Source: Camelus dromedarius
Lineage: Eukaryota
Length of the DNA: 64,000 nucleotides
Assembly (NCBI RefSeq): GCF_036321535.1
Contig: NC_087436.1
Location: forward strand, 3,286,001-3,350,000
Direction of reading: 5' to 3'
In this document: positions 41,401-55,300 of the stretch, piece after piece
Layout: each line of letters starts with the position of its first letter
Position numbering within the stretch: position 1 is the stretch's first letter
The notes under the pieces: model-generated
Databases searched by the model: none
What the model was told of the DNA's origin: nothing
What the model saw: the letters and a program-made list of their open reading frames with translations, nothing else
Program-made: the position numbers and the translations under genes

Positions 41401-44400
41401 TTTTACACACACTTATCTCTCAGAACTGAGCATGTGGAGAGACGTTCGTTCATCTAGCACAAAGGGAAAGGGTTGCAGGGGAAACTTTTAATCTGGATTC
41501 TCATTCTGTTCCTAGTGCCTGTTTGAAGTTCCTGCATTTCACTGTAAAACCGAGTTGGAGCTAGTACCTCCTAATATATATGTATGGAGTGGAGTTTGCA
41601 AGTGAAAAGAAACTTTGTGTTCCCAACAAGCTAGGTGAAGAACGGCTTTCACACACACTTATCTCTCAGAACTGAGCATGTGGAGAGACGTTCTTTCATC
41701 TAGCACAAAGGGAATGGTTTGCAGGAGAAACTTTTACTCTGGTTTCTCAGTCTGTTTCCTAGTGCCGGTTTGAAGTTCCTGCAGTTATCACTGTAAAACA
41801 GAGTTGGAGCTAGTACCTCCCCATATATATGTATTGAGTGGAGTTTGCAAGTGAAAAGAAACTTTGTGTTCCCAACAAGCTAGGTGAAGGACGGCTTTCA
41901 CACACACTTATCTCTCAGGACTGAGCATGTGGAGAGAAGTTCGTTCATCTAGCACAAAGGGAACGGGTTGCTGGAGAAACTTTTACTCTGGTTTCTTAGT
42001 CTGTTTCCTAGTGCCGGTTTGAAGTTCCTGCAGTTTTCACTGTAAAATCGAGTTGAAGCTACTACCTCCCCATATAGATGTATGGAGTGGAGTTTGCAAG
42101 TGAAAGGAAACTTTGTGTTCCCAACAAGCTAGTTGAAGGACGGCTTTCACACACACTTATCTCTCAGAACTGAGCATGTGGAGAGACGTTCGTTCATCTA
42201 GCAAAAAGGGAACGTGTTGCAGGGGAAACTTTTACTCTGGTTTCTTAGTCTGTTTCCTACTTCCGGTTTGATTTTCCTGCAGTTTTCACTGTAAAACCGA
42301 GTTGGAGCTAGTACCTCCCAATATATATGTATAGAGTGGAGTTTGCAAGTGAAAAGAAACTTTGTGTTCCCAACAAGCTAGGTGAAGGACGGCTTTCATA
42401 CACACTTATCCCTCGGAACTGAGCATGTGGAGAGACGTTCGTTCATCTAGCTCAAAATGAACGGGTTGCAGGGGAAACTTTTACTGTGGTTTCTCAGTCT
42501 GTTTCCTAGTGCCGGTTTGAAGTTCCTGCAGTTTTCACTGTAAATCAGTGTTGGGGCTAGTACATCCCCATACATATGAATGGATTGGTGTTTGCAAGTG
42601 AATTGAAACTTTGTGTTCCCAAAAAGCTAGGTGAAGGACGGCTTTCACACACACTTATCTCTCAGATCTGAGCATGTGGAGAGACGTTCGTTCATCTAGC
42701 ACAAAGGGAACGTGTTGCAGGAGTAACTTTTACTCTGGTTTCTCAGTCTGTTTCCTAGTGCCGGATTGAAGTTCCTGCAGTTTTCTCTGTAAAACCGAGT
42801 TGGAGCTAGTACCTCCCCATATATATGTACGGAGTGGAGTTTGCAAGTGAAAAGAAACTTTGTGTTCCCAAGAAGCTAGGTGAAGGACGGCTTTCACACA
42901 CACTTATCTCTCAGAACTGAGCATGTGGAGAGACGTTCGTTCATCTAGCACAAATGGAACGGGTTGCAGGGGAAACTTTTACTCTGGTTTCTTAGTCTGT
43001 TTCCTACTTCCGGTTTGATGTTCCTGCAGTTTTCACTATAAAAGCGAGTTGGAGCTAGTACCTCCCAATATATATGTATGGATTGGAGTTTGCAAGTGAA
43101 AAGAAACTTTGTGTTCCCAACAACCTAGATGAAGGACGGCTTTCACACACACTTATCTCTCAGAACTGAGCATGTGGAGAGACGTTCGTTCATCTAGCAC
43201 AAAGGGAACGGGTTGCAGGAGAAACTTTTACTCTGTTTAATCAGTCTGTTTCTCAGTGCCGGTTTGAAGTTCCTGCAGTTTTCACTGTAAAACCGAGTTG
43301 GAGCTAGTACCTCCCCATATATATGTATGGAGTGGAGTTTGCAAGTGAAAATAAACTTTGTGTTCCCAACAAGCTAGGTGAAGTTCGGCTTTCACAGACA
43401 CTAATCTCTCAGAACTGAGCATGTGGAGAGACGTTCGTTCATCTAGCACAAAGTGAACGTGTTGCAGGGGAAACTTTTACTCTAGATTCTCAGTGTGTTC
43501 CTAGTGCCGGTTTGAAGTTCCTGCAGTTTTAACTGTAAAACCGCGTTGGAGCTTGTACCTCCCAATATGTATGTATGGAGTGGAGTTTGCAAGTGAAAAG
43601 AATCTTTGTATTCCCAACAAGCTAGGTGAAGCACGGCTTTCACACACACTTATCTCTCAGAACTGAGCATGTGGAGAGACGTTCGTTCATCTAGCACAAA
43701 GGGAACGGATTGCAGGAGAAACGTTTACTCTGGTTTCTCTGTCTGTTTCCTAGTTCCGGTTTGAAGTTCCTGCAGGTTTCACTGTAAAACCGAGTTGGAG
43801 CTAGTACCTCCCCATATTTATGTATGGAGTGGAGTTTGCAACTGAAAAGAAACTTTGTGTTCCCAACAAGCTAGATGAATGACGGCTTTCACACGCACTT
43901 TCCTCTCAGAACTGAGCATGTGGAGAGACGTTCGTTCATCTAGCACAAAGGGAACGGTATGCAGGAGAAACATTTTCTCTGGTTTCTCAGTCTGTTTCCT
44001 AGTGCCGGTTTGAAGTTCCTGCAGTTTTCATTGTATAAACGAGTTGGACCTAGTACCTCCCCATATATATGTATGGAGTGGACTTTGCAACTGAAAAGAA
44101 ACTTTGTGTTCCCAACAAGCTAGTGGAAGGACGGCTTTCACCCACACTTATCTCTCAGAACTGAGCATGTGGAGAGACGTTCGTTCATCTAGCACAAAGG
44201 GAATGGGTTGCAGGGGAAAGTTTTACTCTGGTTTCTCAGTCTGTTTCCTAGTTCCGGTTTGAAGTTCCTGCAGTTTTCACTGTAAAACCGAGTTGGAGCT
44301 AGTTACTCCCCATATATATGTATGGAGTGGAGTTTGCAACTGAAAAGAAACTTTGTGTTCCCAACAAGCTAGGTGAAGTACGGCTTTCACACACACGTAA

Positions 44401-46200
44401 ATCTCAGAACTGATCATGTGGAGAGACGTTCGTACATCAAGCACAAATGAAACGGGTTGCAGGAGAAACTTTTACTCTAGTTTCTCAGTCTGTTTCCTAG
44501 TGCCGGTTTGAAGTTCCTACAGTTTTCACTGTAAAACCGAGTTGGAACTTGTACCTCCCCATATATATGTACGGAGTGGAGTTTGCAACTGAAAAGAAAC
44601 TTTGTGTTCCCAACAAGCTAGGTGAAGGACGGCTTTCACACACATTTATCTCTCAGAACTGAGCATGTGGAGAGAAATTCATTCATCTAGCACAAAGGGA
44701 ACGGTTTGCAGGTGTAACTTTTTCTCTGGTTTCTCAGTGTTTCCTAGTGCCGGTTTGAAGTTCCTGCATTTTTCACTGTAAAACCAAGTTGGAGCTAGTA
44801 CCTCCCCATATATATGTATGGAGTGGAGTTTGCAACTGAAAAGAAGCTTTGTGTTCCCAAAAAGCTAGGTGAAGGACGGCTTTCACACACACTTATCTCT
44901 CAGAACTGAGCATGTGGAGAGACGTTCGTTCATCTAGCACAAAGGGAACGGGTTGCAGGAGAAACCTTTACTATGGTTTCTCAGTCTGTTTCCTAGTGCC
45001 GGTTAGAAGTTCCTGCAGTTTTCACTGTAAAACCGAGTTGGAGCTAGTACCTCCCCATATATACGTATGGAGTGGAGTTTGCAACTGAAAAGAAACTTTG
45101 TGTTCCCAACAAGCTAGGTGAAGGACGGCTTTCACACACACTTATCTCTCAGAACGGAGCATGTGGAGAGACGTTCGTTCATCTAGCACAAAGGGAACGG
45201 GTTGCAGGAGAAACTTTTAATCTGGTTTCTCAGTCTGTTTCCTAGTGCCGATTTGAAGTTCCTGCAGTTTTCACTGTAAAACAGAGTTAGAGCTAGTACC
45301 TACCCATATATATGTATGGAGTGGAGTTTGCAACTGAAAAGAAACTTTGTGTTCCCAACAAGCTAGGTGAATGAAGGCTTTCACACACAATTATCTCTCA
45401 GAACTGAGCATGTGGAGAGACGTTCATTCATCTAGCACAAAGGGAACGGGTTGCAGGAGAAACTTTTACTCTGTTTTATCAGTCTGTTTCCTAGTGCCGG
45501 TTTGAAGTTCCTGCAGTTTTCACTGTAAAACCAAGTTGGAGCCAGTACCTGCACATATATATGTATGGAGTGGTGTTTGCAACTGAATAGAAGCTTTGTG
45601 TTCCCAACAAGGTAGATGAAGGACGGCTTTCACACACACTTATCTCTCAGAACTGAGCATGTGGAGAGACATTCGTTCATCTAGCACAAAGGGAACGGGT
45701 TGCAGGAGAAACTTTTACTCTGGTTTCTCAGTCTTTTTCCTAGTGCCTATTTGAAGTTCCAGCAGTTTTCTCTGTAAAACCGAGTTCGAGTTAGTACCTC
45801 CCCATATATATGTATGGAGTGGAGTTTGCAACTGAAAAGAAACTTTGTGTTCCCAACAAGCTAGGTGAAGGACGGTTTTCACACACACTTATCTCTCAGA
45901 ACTGAGCATGTGGAGAGACGTTCGTTCATCTAGCACAAATGGAACGGGTTGCAGGTGAAACTTTTACTCTGGTTTCTCAGTCTGTTTCCTAGTGCCGGTT
46001 TGAAGTTCCTGCATATATCACTGTAAAACAGATTTGGAGCTAGTACCTCCCCATATAATTGTATGGAGTGGAGTTTGCAACTGAAAAGAAACTATGTGTT
46101 CCCAACAAGCTATGTGAAGGACGGCTTTCACACACATTTATCTCTCAGAACTGAGCATGTAGAGAGACGTTCGTTCATCTAGCACAAAGGGAACGGGTTG
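41400..46200 (+). repeat. Monomeric stretch of the same satellite without evident recent higher-order duplication
   Basis: Monomers carry mostly private variants. Only weak older similarity is seen (e.g. TTTCTTAGTCTGTTTCCTACTTCCGG at ~42241 and ~42988). Confidence 0.6.
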
Positions 46201-46349
46201 CAGGAGAAACTTTTACTCTGGTTTCTCAGTCTGTTTCCTACTGCCGGTTTGATATTCCTGCAGTTTTCACTGTAAAAACGTGTTGGAGCTAGTACATCCC
46301 CATATATATGTATGGAGTGGAGTTTGCAACTGAAAAGAAACTTTGTGTT

Positions 46350-49300
46350 CCCAACAAGCTAGTTGAAGGACGGCTTTCATAAACACATATCTCTCATAAC
46401 AGAGCATGTGTAAAGACGTTCGTACATCTAGCACAAATGGAACGGTTTGCAGGGGAAACTTTTACTCTGGTTTCTCAGTCTGTTTCCTACTGCTGGTTTG
46501 ATATTCCTGCAGTTTTCACTGTAAAAACGTGTTGGAGCTAGTAAATCCCCATATATATGTATGGAATGGAGTTAGCATCTAAAAAGAAACTTTGTGTTCC
46601 CAACAAGCTTGGTAAAGGACGGCTTTCACACACACTTATCTCTCAGAACCGAGCATGTGGAAAGACTTTCGTTCATCTAGCTCAAAGAGAATGGGTTGCA
46701 GGAGAAACTTTTACTCTGGTTTCTCAGTCTTTTTCCTAGTGCCGATTTGAAGTTCCTGCAGTTTTCACTGTAAAACCGAGTTGGAGATAGTACCTCACCA
46801 TATATATGTATGTAGTGGAGTTTGCAACTGAAAAGAAACTTTGTGTTCCCAACAAGCTAGGTGAAGGACGGCTTTCACACACACTTATCTCTCAGAACTG
46901 AGCATGTTTAGAGACGTTCGTTCATCTAGCACAAAGTGTATGGGTTGCCGGAGAAACTTTTACTCTGGTTTCTCATTCTGTTTCCTAGTGCCGGTTTGAA
47001 GTTCCTGCAGTTATCACTGTAAAACTGAGATGGAGCTAGTACCTGCCCATATATATGTATGGAGTGGAGTTTGCAACTGAAAAGAAACTTTGTGTTCCCA
47101 ACAAGTTGGTGAAAGATGGCTTTCACACACATTTATCTCTCAGAAATGAGCATGTGGAGAGAAGTTCATTCATCTAGCACAAAGGGAACTGGTTGCAGGG
47201 GAAACTTTTACTCTGGTTTCACAGTCTGTTTCCTAGTGCCGGTTTGAAGTTCCTGCAGTTTTCACTGTAAAGCAAATTTGGAGCTAGTAGTTCCCCATAT
47301 AAATGTATGGAGTGGGGTTTGAAACTGAAAAGAAACTTTGTGTTCCCAACAATCTAGGTAAAGGACGGCTTTCACACACACTTATCTCTCAGAACTGAGC
47401 ATGTGGAAAGACGTTCGTTCATCTAGCACAAAGGGAACGGATACAGGAGAAACTTTTACTCTGGTTTCTCAATCTGTTTCCAGTGCCGGTTAGAAGTTCC
47501 TGCAGTTTTCACTGTAAAACCGAGTTGGAGCTAGAACCTCCCCATATATATGTATGGAGTGGAGTTAGCAAATGAAAAGAAGCTTTGTGTTCCCAACAAT
47601 CTATTTGAAGGACGGCTTTCACACACACTTATCTCTCAGAACTGAGCATGTGGAGAGACATTCGTTCATCTAGCACAAAGGGAACGGGATGAAGGAGAAA
47701 CTTTTACTCTGGTTTGTCAGTCTGTTTCCTAGTGCCGGTTTGAAGTTCCTGCAGTTTTCACTGTAAAACCGAGTTGGAGCTAGAACCTCCCCATATATAT
47801 GTATGGATTGGAGTGTGCAAGTGAAAAGGAACTTTGTGTTCCCAACAATCTAGGTGAAGGACGACTTTCACACACACTTATCTCTCAAAACAGAGCATGT
47901 GTAGAGAAGTTCTTTCATATAGCACAAAGGGAACGGCTGGCAGGAGAAACTTTTACTCTGGTTTCTCAGTCTGTTTCCTAGTGCCGGTTTGAAGTTCCTG
48001 CAGTTTTCTCAGTAAAACCGAGTTGGAGCTAGTACCTCCCCATATAAACGTATGGAGTGGGGTTTGCAACTGAAAAAAAACTTTGTGTTCCCAACAAGCT
48101 AGATGAAGGACGGCTTTCACACACACTTATCTCTCAGAACTGAGCATGTGGAGAGACGTTCGTTCATCTAGCAAAAAGGGAACGGGTTGCAGGAGAAACT
48201 TTTACTCTGGTTTCTCAGTCTTTTTCTAGTGCCAGTTTGTAGTTCCTGCAGATATCACTGTAAAACCACGTTGGAGCTTGTACCTCCCCATATATATGTA
48301 TGGAGTGGAGATTTCAACTGAAAAGAAACTTTGTGTTCCCAACAAGCTAGGTGAAGGACGGCTTTCAAACATACTTATCTCTCAGAAATGAGCATCTGGA
48401 GGGACGTTATTTCATCTAGCACAAATTGAACGGTTTGCAGGGGAAAATTTTACTCTGTTTTCTCAGTCTGTTTCCTAGTGAAGGTTTGATGTTCCTGCAG
48501 TTTTCACTATAAAAAAGTGTTGGAGCTAGTAACTCCCCATATATATGTAAGGAGTGGAGTTTGAAACTGAAAAGAAACTATGTGTTCCCAACAAGCTATG
48601 TGAAGTACGGCTTTCACACACACTTATCTCTCAGAACTGAGCATGTGGAGAGACGTTCGTTCATCTAGCACAAAGGGAACGGGTTGCAGGAGAAACTTTT
48701 CTCTGGTTTCTCAGTCTGTTTCCTAGTGCCGGTTTGAAGTTCCTGCAGTTTTCAATGTAAAACCGTGTTGGAGCTAGCACGTCCACATATAGATGTATGG
48801 AGTGGAGTTGGCAACTGAAAAGAAACTTTGTTTTCCCAACAAGCTTTGAAGGAAGGCTTTCACACACACTTTTCTCTCAGAACTGAGCATGTGGAGAGAC
48901 GTTCGTTCATCTAGCAGAAAGGGAACGGGATGCAGGGGAAACTTATACTCTGGTTTCTCAGTCTGATTCCTAGTGCCGTTTTGAAGTTCCTGCAGTATTC
49001 ACTGTAAAACCGAGTTGGAGCTAGTACCTCCCCATATATATATATGGAGTGGGGTTTGAAACTGAAAAGAAATTTTGTGTTCCCAACAATCTAGGTGAAG
49101 GACAGCTTTCACACACACTTATCACTCAGAACTGAGCATGTGGAGAGACGTTCTTTCATCTAGCACAAAGGGAACGGGTTGCAGGAGAAACTTTTACTTT
49201 GGTTTCTCAGTCTGTTTCCTAGTGCCGGTTTGAAGTTCCTGCAGTTTTCTCAGTAAAACCGAGTTGGAGCTAGTACCTCCCCATAAAAACGTATGGAGTG

Positions 49301-52300
49301 GAGTTTGCAACTGAAAAAAATCTTTGTGTTCCCAACAAGCTAGATGAAAGACGGCTTTCACACACACTTATCTCTCAGAAATGAGCATCTAGAGGGACGT
49401 TCTTTCATCGAGCAAAAGGGAACGGGTTGCAGGGGAAAATTTTACTCTGGTTTCTCAGTCTTTTTCCTAGTGAAGGATTTAAGTTCCTGCAGTTTTCACT
49501 GTAAAACCGAGTTGCAGCTACTACCTCCACATATATATGTAGGATTGGAGTTTGCAACTGAAAAGAAACTATGTGTTCCCAACAATCAATGTGAAGGACG
49601 GATTTCACACACACTTATCTCTCAGAACTGAGCATGTGGAGAGACTTTCGTTCATCTAGCACAAAGGGATCGGGTTGCAGGAGATACTTTTACTCTGGTT
49701 TCTCAGTCTGTTTCCTAGTGCCGGTTTGAAGTTCCTGCAGTTTTCACTGTAAAACCGAGTTGGAGCTAGTACGTCCCCATATATATGTATGGAGTGAAGT
49801 TTGCAACTGAATAGAAACTTTGTGTTCCCAACAAGCTAGTTGAAGAACGGCTTTCACACACACATTTCTCTCAGTACTGAGCATGTGGAGAGACGTTCGT
49901 TCATCTAGCACAAAGTGAACGGGTTGCAGGAGAAACTTTTACTTTGGTTTCTCAGTCTGTTTCCTAGTGCCGGTTTGAAGTTCCTGCAGTTTTCTCAGTA
50001 AAACCGAGTTGGAGCTAGTACCTCCCCATAAAAACGTATGGAGTGGAGTTTGCAACTGAAAAAAAACTTTGTGTTCCCAACAAGCTAGATGAAAGACGGC
50101 TTTCACACACACTTATCTCTCAGAAATGAGCATCTAGTGGGACGTTCTTTCATCGAGCAAAAAGGGAACGGGTTGCAGGGGAAAATTTTACTCTGGTTTC
50201 TCAGTCTTTTTCCTAGTGAAGGTTTTAAGTTCCTGCAGTTTTCACTGTAAAACCGAGTTGGAGCTAGTACCTCCCCATATATATGTTGGAGTGGAGTTAG
50301 CAACTGAAAAGAAACTATGTGTTCCCAACAAGCTATGTGAAGGACGGCTTTCACACACACTTATCTCTCAGAAATGAGCATGTGGAGAGACGTTCGTTCA
50401 TCTAGCACAAAGGGAACGGGTTGCAGGAGAAACTTTTACTTTGGTTTCTCAGTCTGTTTCCTAGTGCCGGTTTGAAGTTCCTGCAGTTTTCTCAGTAAAA
50501 TCGAGTTGGAGCTAGAACCTCCTCATAAAAACTTATACAGTGGAGTTTGCAACTTAAAAGAAACTTTGTGTTCCCAACACGCTAGTTGAAGGACGGCTTT
50601 CACACACAATTTTCTCTCAGAAATGAGCATGTGGAGAGACGTACATTCATCTAGCACAAAGGGAACGGGTTGCAGGAGAAACTTTTTCTCTGCATTCTCA
50701 GTCTGTTTCCTAGTGATGGTTTGAAGTTCCTGCAGTTTTCACTGTAAAATCGAGTTGGAGCTAGTACCTCCAAATATATATGTATGGATTGGAGTTTGCA
50801 ACTGAAAAGAAACTTTGTGTTCCCAACACGCTAGGTGAAGAACGGCTTTCACACACACTTATCTCTCAGAACTGAGCATGTGGAGAGCCGTTCGTTCATC
50901 TAGCAAAAAGGGATCGGGTTGCAGGAGAAACATTTACTCTGGTTTCTCAGTCTGTTTCCTAGTGCCGATTATAAGTTCCTGCAGTTTTCACTGTAAAACC
51001 GAGTTGGAGCTTGTAATTCCCCATATATATGTATGGAGTGGGGTTTGCAACTGAAAAGAAACTTTGTGTTTCCAACAAGCTAGGTGAAGGACGGCGTTCA
51101 CACACATTTATCTCTCAGAACTGAGCATGTGGAGAGACGTTCGTTCATCTAGCACAAAAGGAACGGGTTGCAGGAGAAACTTTTACTCTGGTTTCTCAGT
51201 CTGTTTCCTAGTGCTGGTTTGAAGTTCCTGCAGTTTTCACTGTAAAACCGAGTTGGAGCTAGTACCTCCCCATATATATGTATGGAGTGGAGTTTGCAAC
51301 TGAAAAGAAACTTTGTGTTCCCAACAAGCTAGGTGAAGGGCGGCTTCCACACACACTTATCTCTCAGAACACAGCATGTGGAGAGACGTTCGTTCATCTA
51401 GCACAAAGGGAACGGGTTGCAGGGGAAACTTTTACTCTGGTTTCTCAGTCTGTTTCCTAGTGCCGGTTTGAAGTTCCTGCAGTTTTCACTGTAAAACCGA
51501 GTTGGAGCTAGTACATCCCCATATATATGTATGGAGTGTAGTATGCAAGTGAAAAGAAACTTTGTGTTCCAAACAAGCTAGGTGAAGGACGGCTTTCACA
51601 CTCAGTTATCTCTCAGAACTAAGCATGTGGAGAGACGTTCGTTCATCTAGCACAAAGGGAACGGGTTGCAGGAGAAACTTTTACTCTGGTTTCTCAGTCT
51701 GTTTCCTAGTGCCGGTTTGAAGTTCCTGTAGTTTTCACTGTAAAACCGAGTTGGAGCTAGTACTTCCCCACATATATGTATGCAGAGGAATTTGCAAATG
51801 AAAAGAATCATTGTGTTCCCAACAAGCTAGGTGAAGGACGGCTTTCACACACATTTATCTCTCAGAACTGAGCATGTGGAGAGACGTTCGTTCATCTAGC
51901 ACAAAGGGAACGGGTTACAGGAGAAACTTTTACTCTGGTTTCTCAGTCTGTTTCCTAGTGCCGGTTTGAAGTTCCTGCAGATATCACTGTAAAACCGATT
52001 TGGAGCTAGTACCTCCCCATATAAATGTATGGAGTGGAGTTTGCAACTGAAAAGAAACTTTGTGTTCCCAACAAGATATGTGAAGGACGGCTTTCACACA
52101 AACTTTTCTCTCAGAACTGAACTTTGGAGAGACTTTCGTTCATCTAGCACACAGGGAACGGGTTGCAGGAGAAACTTTTACTCTGGTTTCTCAGTCTGTT
52201 TCCTAGTGCCGGGTTGAAGTTCCTGCAGTTTTCACTGTAACACCGAGTTGGAGCTAGTACCCCCCCAAATATATGTATGGGTTGGAGTTGGCAACTGAAA

Positions 52301-55300
52301 AGAAAGTTTGTGTTTCCAACAAGCTAGGTGAAGGACGGCTTTCACACACAATTATCTCTCAGAACTGAGCATGTGGAGAGACTTTCGTTCATCTAGCACA
52401 AAGGGAACGGTTTGAAGGGGAAAATTTTACTCTGGTTTCACAGTCTGTTTCCTAGTGCCGGTTTGAAGTTCCTGCAGTTTTCACTGTAAAACCGAGTTGG
52501 AGCTAGTACCTCCCCATATATATATATGGAGTGGGGTTTGAAACTGAAAAGAAACTTTGTGTTCCCAACAATCTAGGTGAAGGACGGCTTTCACACACAA
52601 TTATCACTCAGAACTGAGCATGTGGAGAGACGTTCTTTCATCTAGCACAAAGGGAACGGGTTGCAGGAGAAACTTTTACTTTGGTTTCTCAGTCTGTTTC
52701 CTAGTGCCGGTTTGAAGTTCCTGCAGTTTTCTCAGTAAAACCGAGTTGGAGCTAGTACCTCCCCATATAAACGTATGGAGTGGAGTTTGCAACTGAAAAA
52801 AATCTTTGTGTTACCAACAAGCTAGATGAAGTACGGCTTTCACAAACATTTATCTCTCAGAATTGAGCATCTAGAGGGACGTTCTTTCATCTAGCACAAA
52901 GGGAACGGGTTGCAGGGGAAAATTTTACTCTTGTTTCTCAGTCTTTTTCCTAGTGAAGGTTTGAAGTTCCTGCAGTTTTTACTGTAAAACCGTGTTGGAG
53001 AGAGTAACTCCCCATATATATGTATGGAGTGGAGTTTGTAACTGAAAAGAAACTTTGTGTTCCCAAGGAGCTAGGTGAAGGACGGCTTTCACACACATTT
53101 ATCTCTCAGAACTGAGCATGTGGAGAGAGGTTCGTTCATCTAGCACAAATGGAACGGTTTGCAGGAGAAACTTTTACTCTGGTTTCTCAGTCTGTTTCCT
53201 AGTGCCGGTTTGAAGTTCCTGCAGTTTTCACTGTAAAATCGAGTTGGAGCTAGTTCCTCCACATATATATGTATGGAGTGGAGTTTGCAAGTGAAAAGAA
53301 ACTTTGTGTTCCCAATAAGCTAGGTAAAGTACAGCTTTCACACACACTTATCTCTCACAACTGAGCATGTGGAGAGACGTTCGTACATCTAGCACAAAGG
53401 GAACGGGTTGCAGGAGAAACTATTACTCTGGTTTCTCAGTCTGTTTCCTAGTTCCGGTTTGAAGTTCCTGCAGTTTTCACTGTAAAACCGAGTTGCAGCT
53501 AGTACCTCCACTTATATATGTAGGAGTGGAATTTGCAACTGAAAAGAAACTATGTGTTCCCAACAATCAATGTGAAGGACGGCTTTCACACACACTTATC
53601 TCTCAGAACTGAGCATGTGGAGATACTTTCGTTCATCTAGCACAAAGGGAACGGGTTGCAGGAGATACTTTTACTCTGGTTTCTCAGTCTGTTTCCTAGT
53701 GCCGGTTTGAAGTTCCTGCAGTTTTCACTGTAAAACCGAGTTGGAGCTAGTACCTCCCCATATATATGTATGGAGTGTAGTATGCAAGTGAAAAGAAACT
53801 TTGTGTTCCCAACAAGCTAGGTGAAGGACGGCTTTCACACACAGTTATCTCTCACAACTAAGCATGTGGAGAGACGTTCGTTCATCTAGCACAAAGGGAA
53901 CGGGTTGCAGGAGAAAGTTTTACTCTGGTTTCTCAGTCTGTTTCCTAGTGCCGGTTTGAAGTTCCTGCAGTTTTCACTGTAAAACCGAGTTGGAGCTAGT
54001 ACTTCCCCATATATATGTATGCAGTGGAGTTTGCAAATGAAAAGAATCATTGTGTTCCCAACAAGCTAGGTGAAGGACGACTTTCACAAACATTTATCTC
54101 TCAGAACTGAGCATGTGGAGAGACGATCGTTCATCTAGCACAAAGGGAACGGGTTGCAGGAGAAACTTTTACTCTGGTTTCTCAGTCTGTTTCCTAGTGC
54201 CGGTTTGAAGTTCCTGCAGTTTTCACTGTAAAACCGAGTTGGAGCTTGTACCTCCCCATATATATGTATGGATTGGAGTTTGCAACTGAAAAGAAACTAT
54301 GTGTTCCAAACAAGCTAGTTGAAGGACGGCTTTCACACACACATTTCTCTCAGAACTGAGCATGTGGAGAGACGTTCGATCATCTAGCACAAATGGAACG
54401 GTTTGAAGGGGAAAATTTTACTCTGGTTTCACAGTCTGTTTCCTAGTGCCGGTTTGAAGTTCCTGCATTTTTCACTGTAAAACCGAATTGGAGCTAGTAC
54501 CTCCCCATATATATATATGGAGTGGGGTTTGAAACTGAAAAGAAACTTTGTGTTCCCAACAATCTATGTGAAGGACGGCTTTCACACACACTTATCACTC
54601 AGAAATGAGCATGTGGAGAGACGTTCTTTCATCTAGCACAAAGGGAACGGGTTGCAGGAGAAACTTTTACTTTGGTTTCTCAGTCTGTTTCCTAGTGCCG
54701 GTTTGAAGTTCCTGCAGTTTTCTCAGTAAAACCGAGTTGGAGCTAGTACCTCCCCATATAAACGTATGGAGTGGAGTTTGCAACTGAAAAAAAACTTTGT
54801 GTTCCCAACAAGCTAGATGAAGTACGGCTTTCACACACACTTATCTCTCAGAATTGAGCATCTAGAGGGACGTTCTTTCATCTAGCACAAAGGGAACGGG
54901 TTGCAGGGGAAAATTTTACACTGGTTTCTCAGTCTTTTTCCTAGTGAAGGTTTGAAGTTCCTGCAGTTTTCACTGTAAAACCGTGTTGGAGAGAGTAACT
55001 CCCCATGTATATGTATGGAGTGGAGTTTGCAACTGAAAAGAAACTTTGTGTTCCCAAGGAGCTAGGTGAAGGACGGCTTTCACACACACTTATCTCTCAG
55101 AACTGAGCATGTGGAGAGAGGTTCGTTCATCTAGCACAAATGGAACGGTTTGCAGGAGAAACTTTTACTCTGGTTTCTCAGTCTGTTTCCTAGTGCCGGT
55201 TTGAAGTTCCTGCAGTTTTCACTGTAAAATCGAGTTGGAGCTAGTTCCTCCCCATATATATGTATGGAGTGGAGTTTGCAAGTGAAAGGAAACTTTGTGT

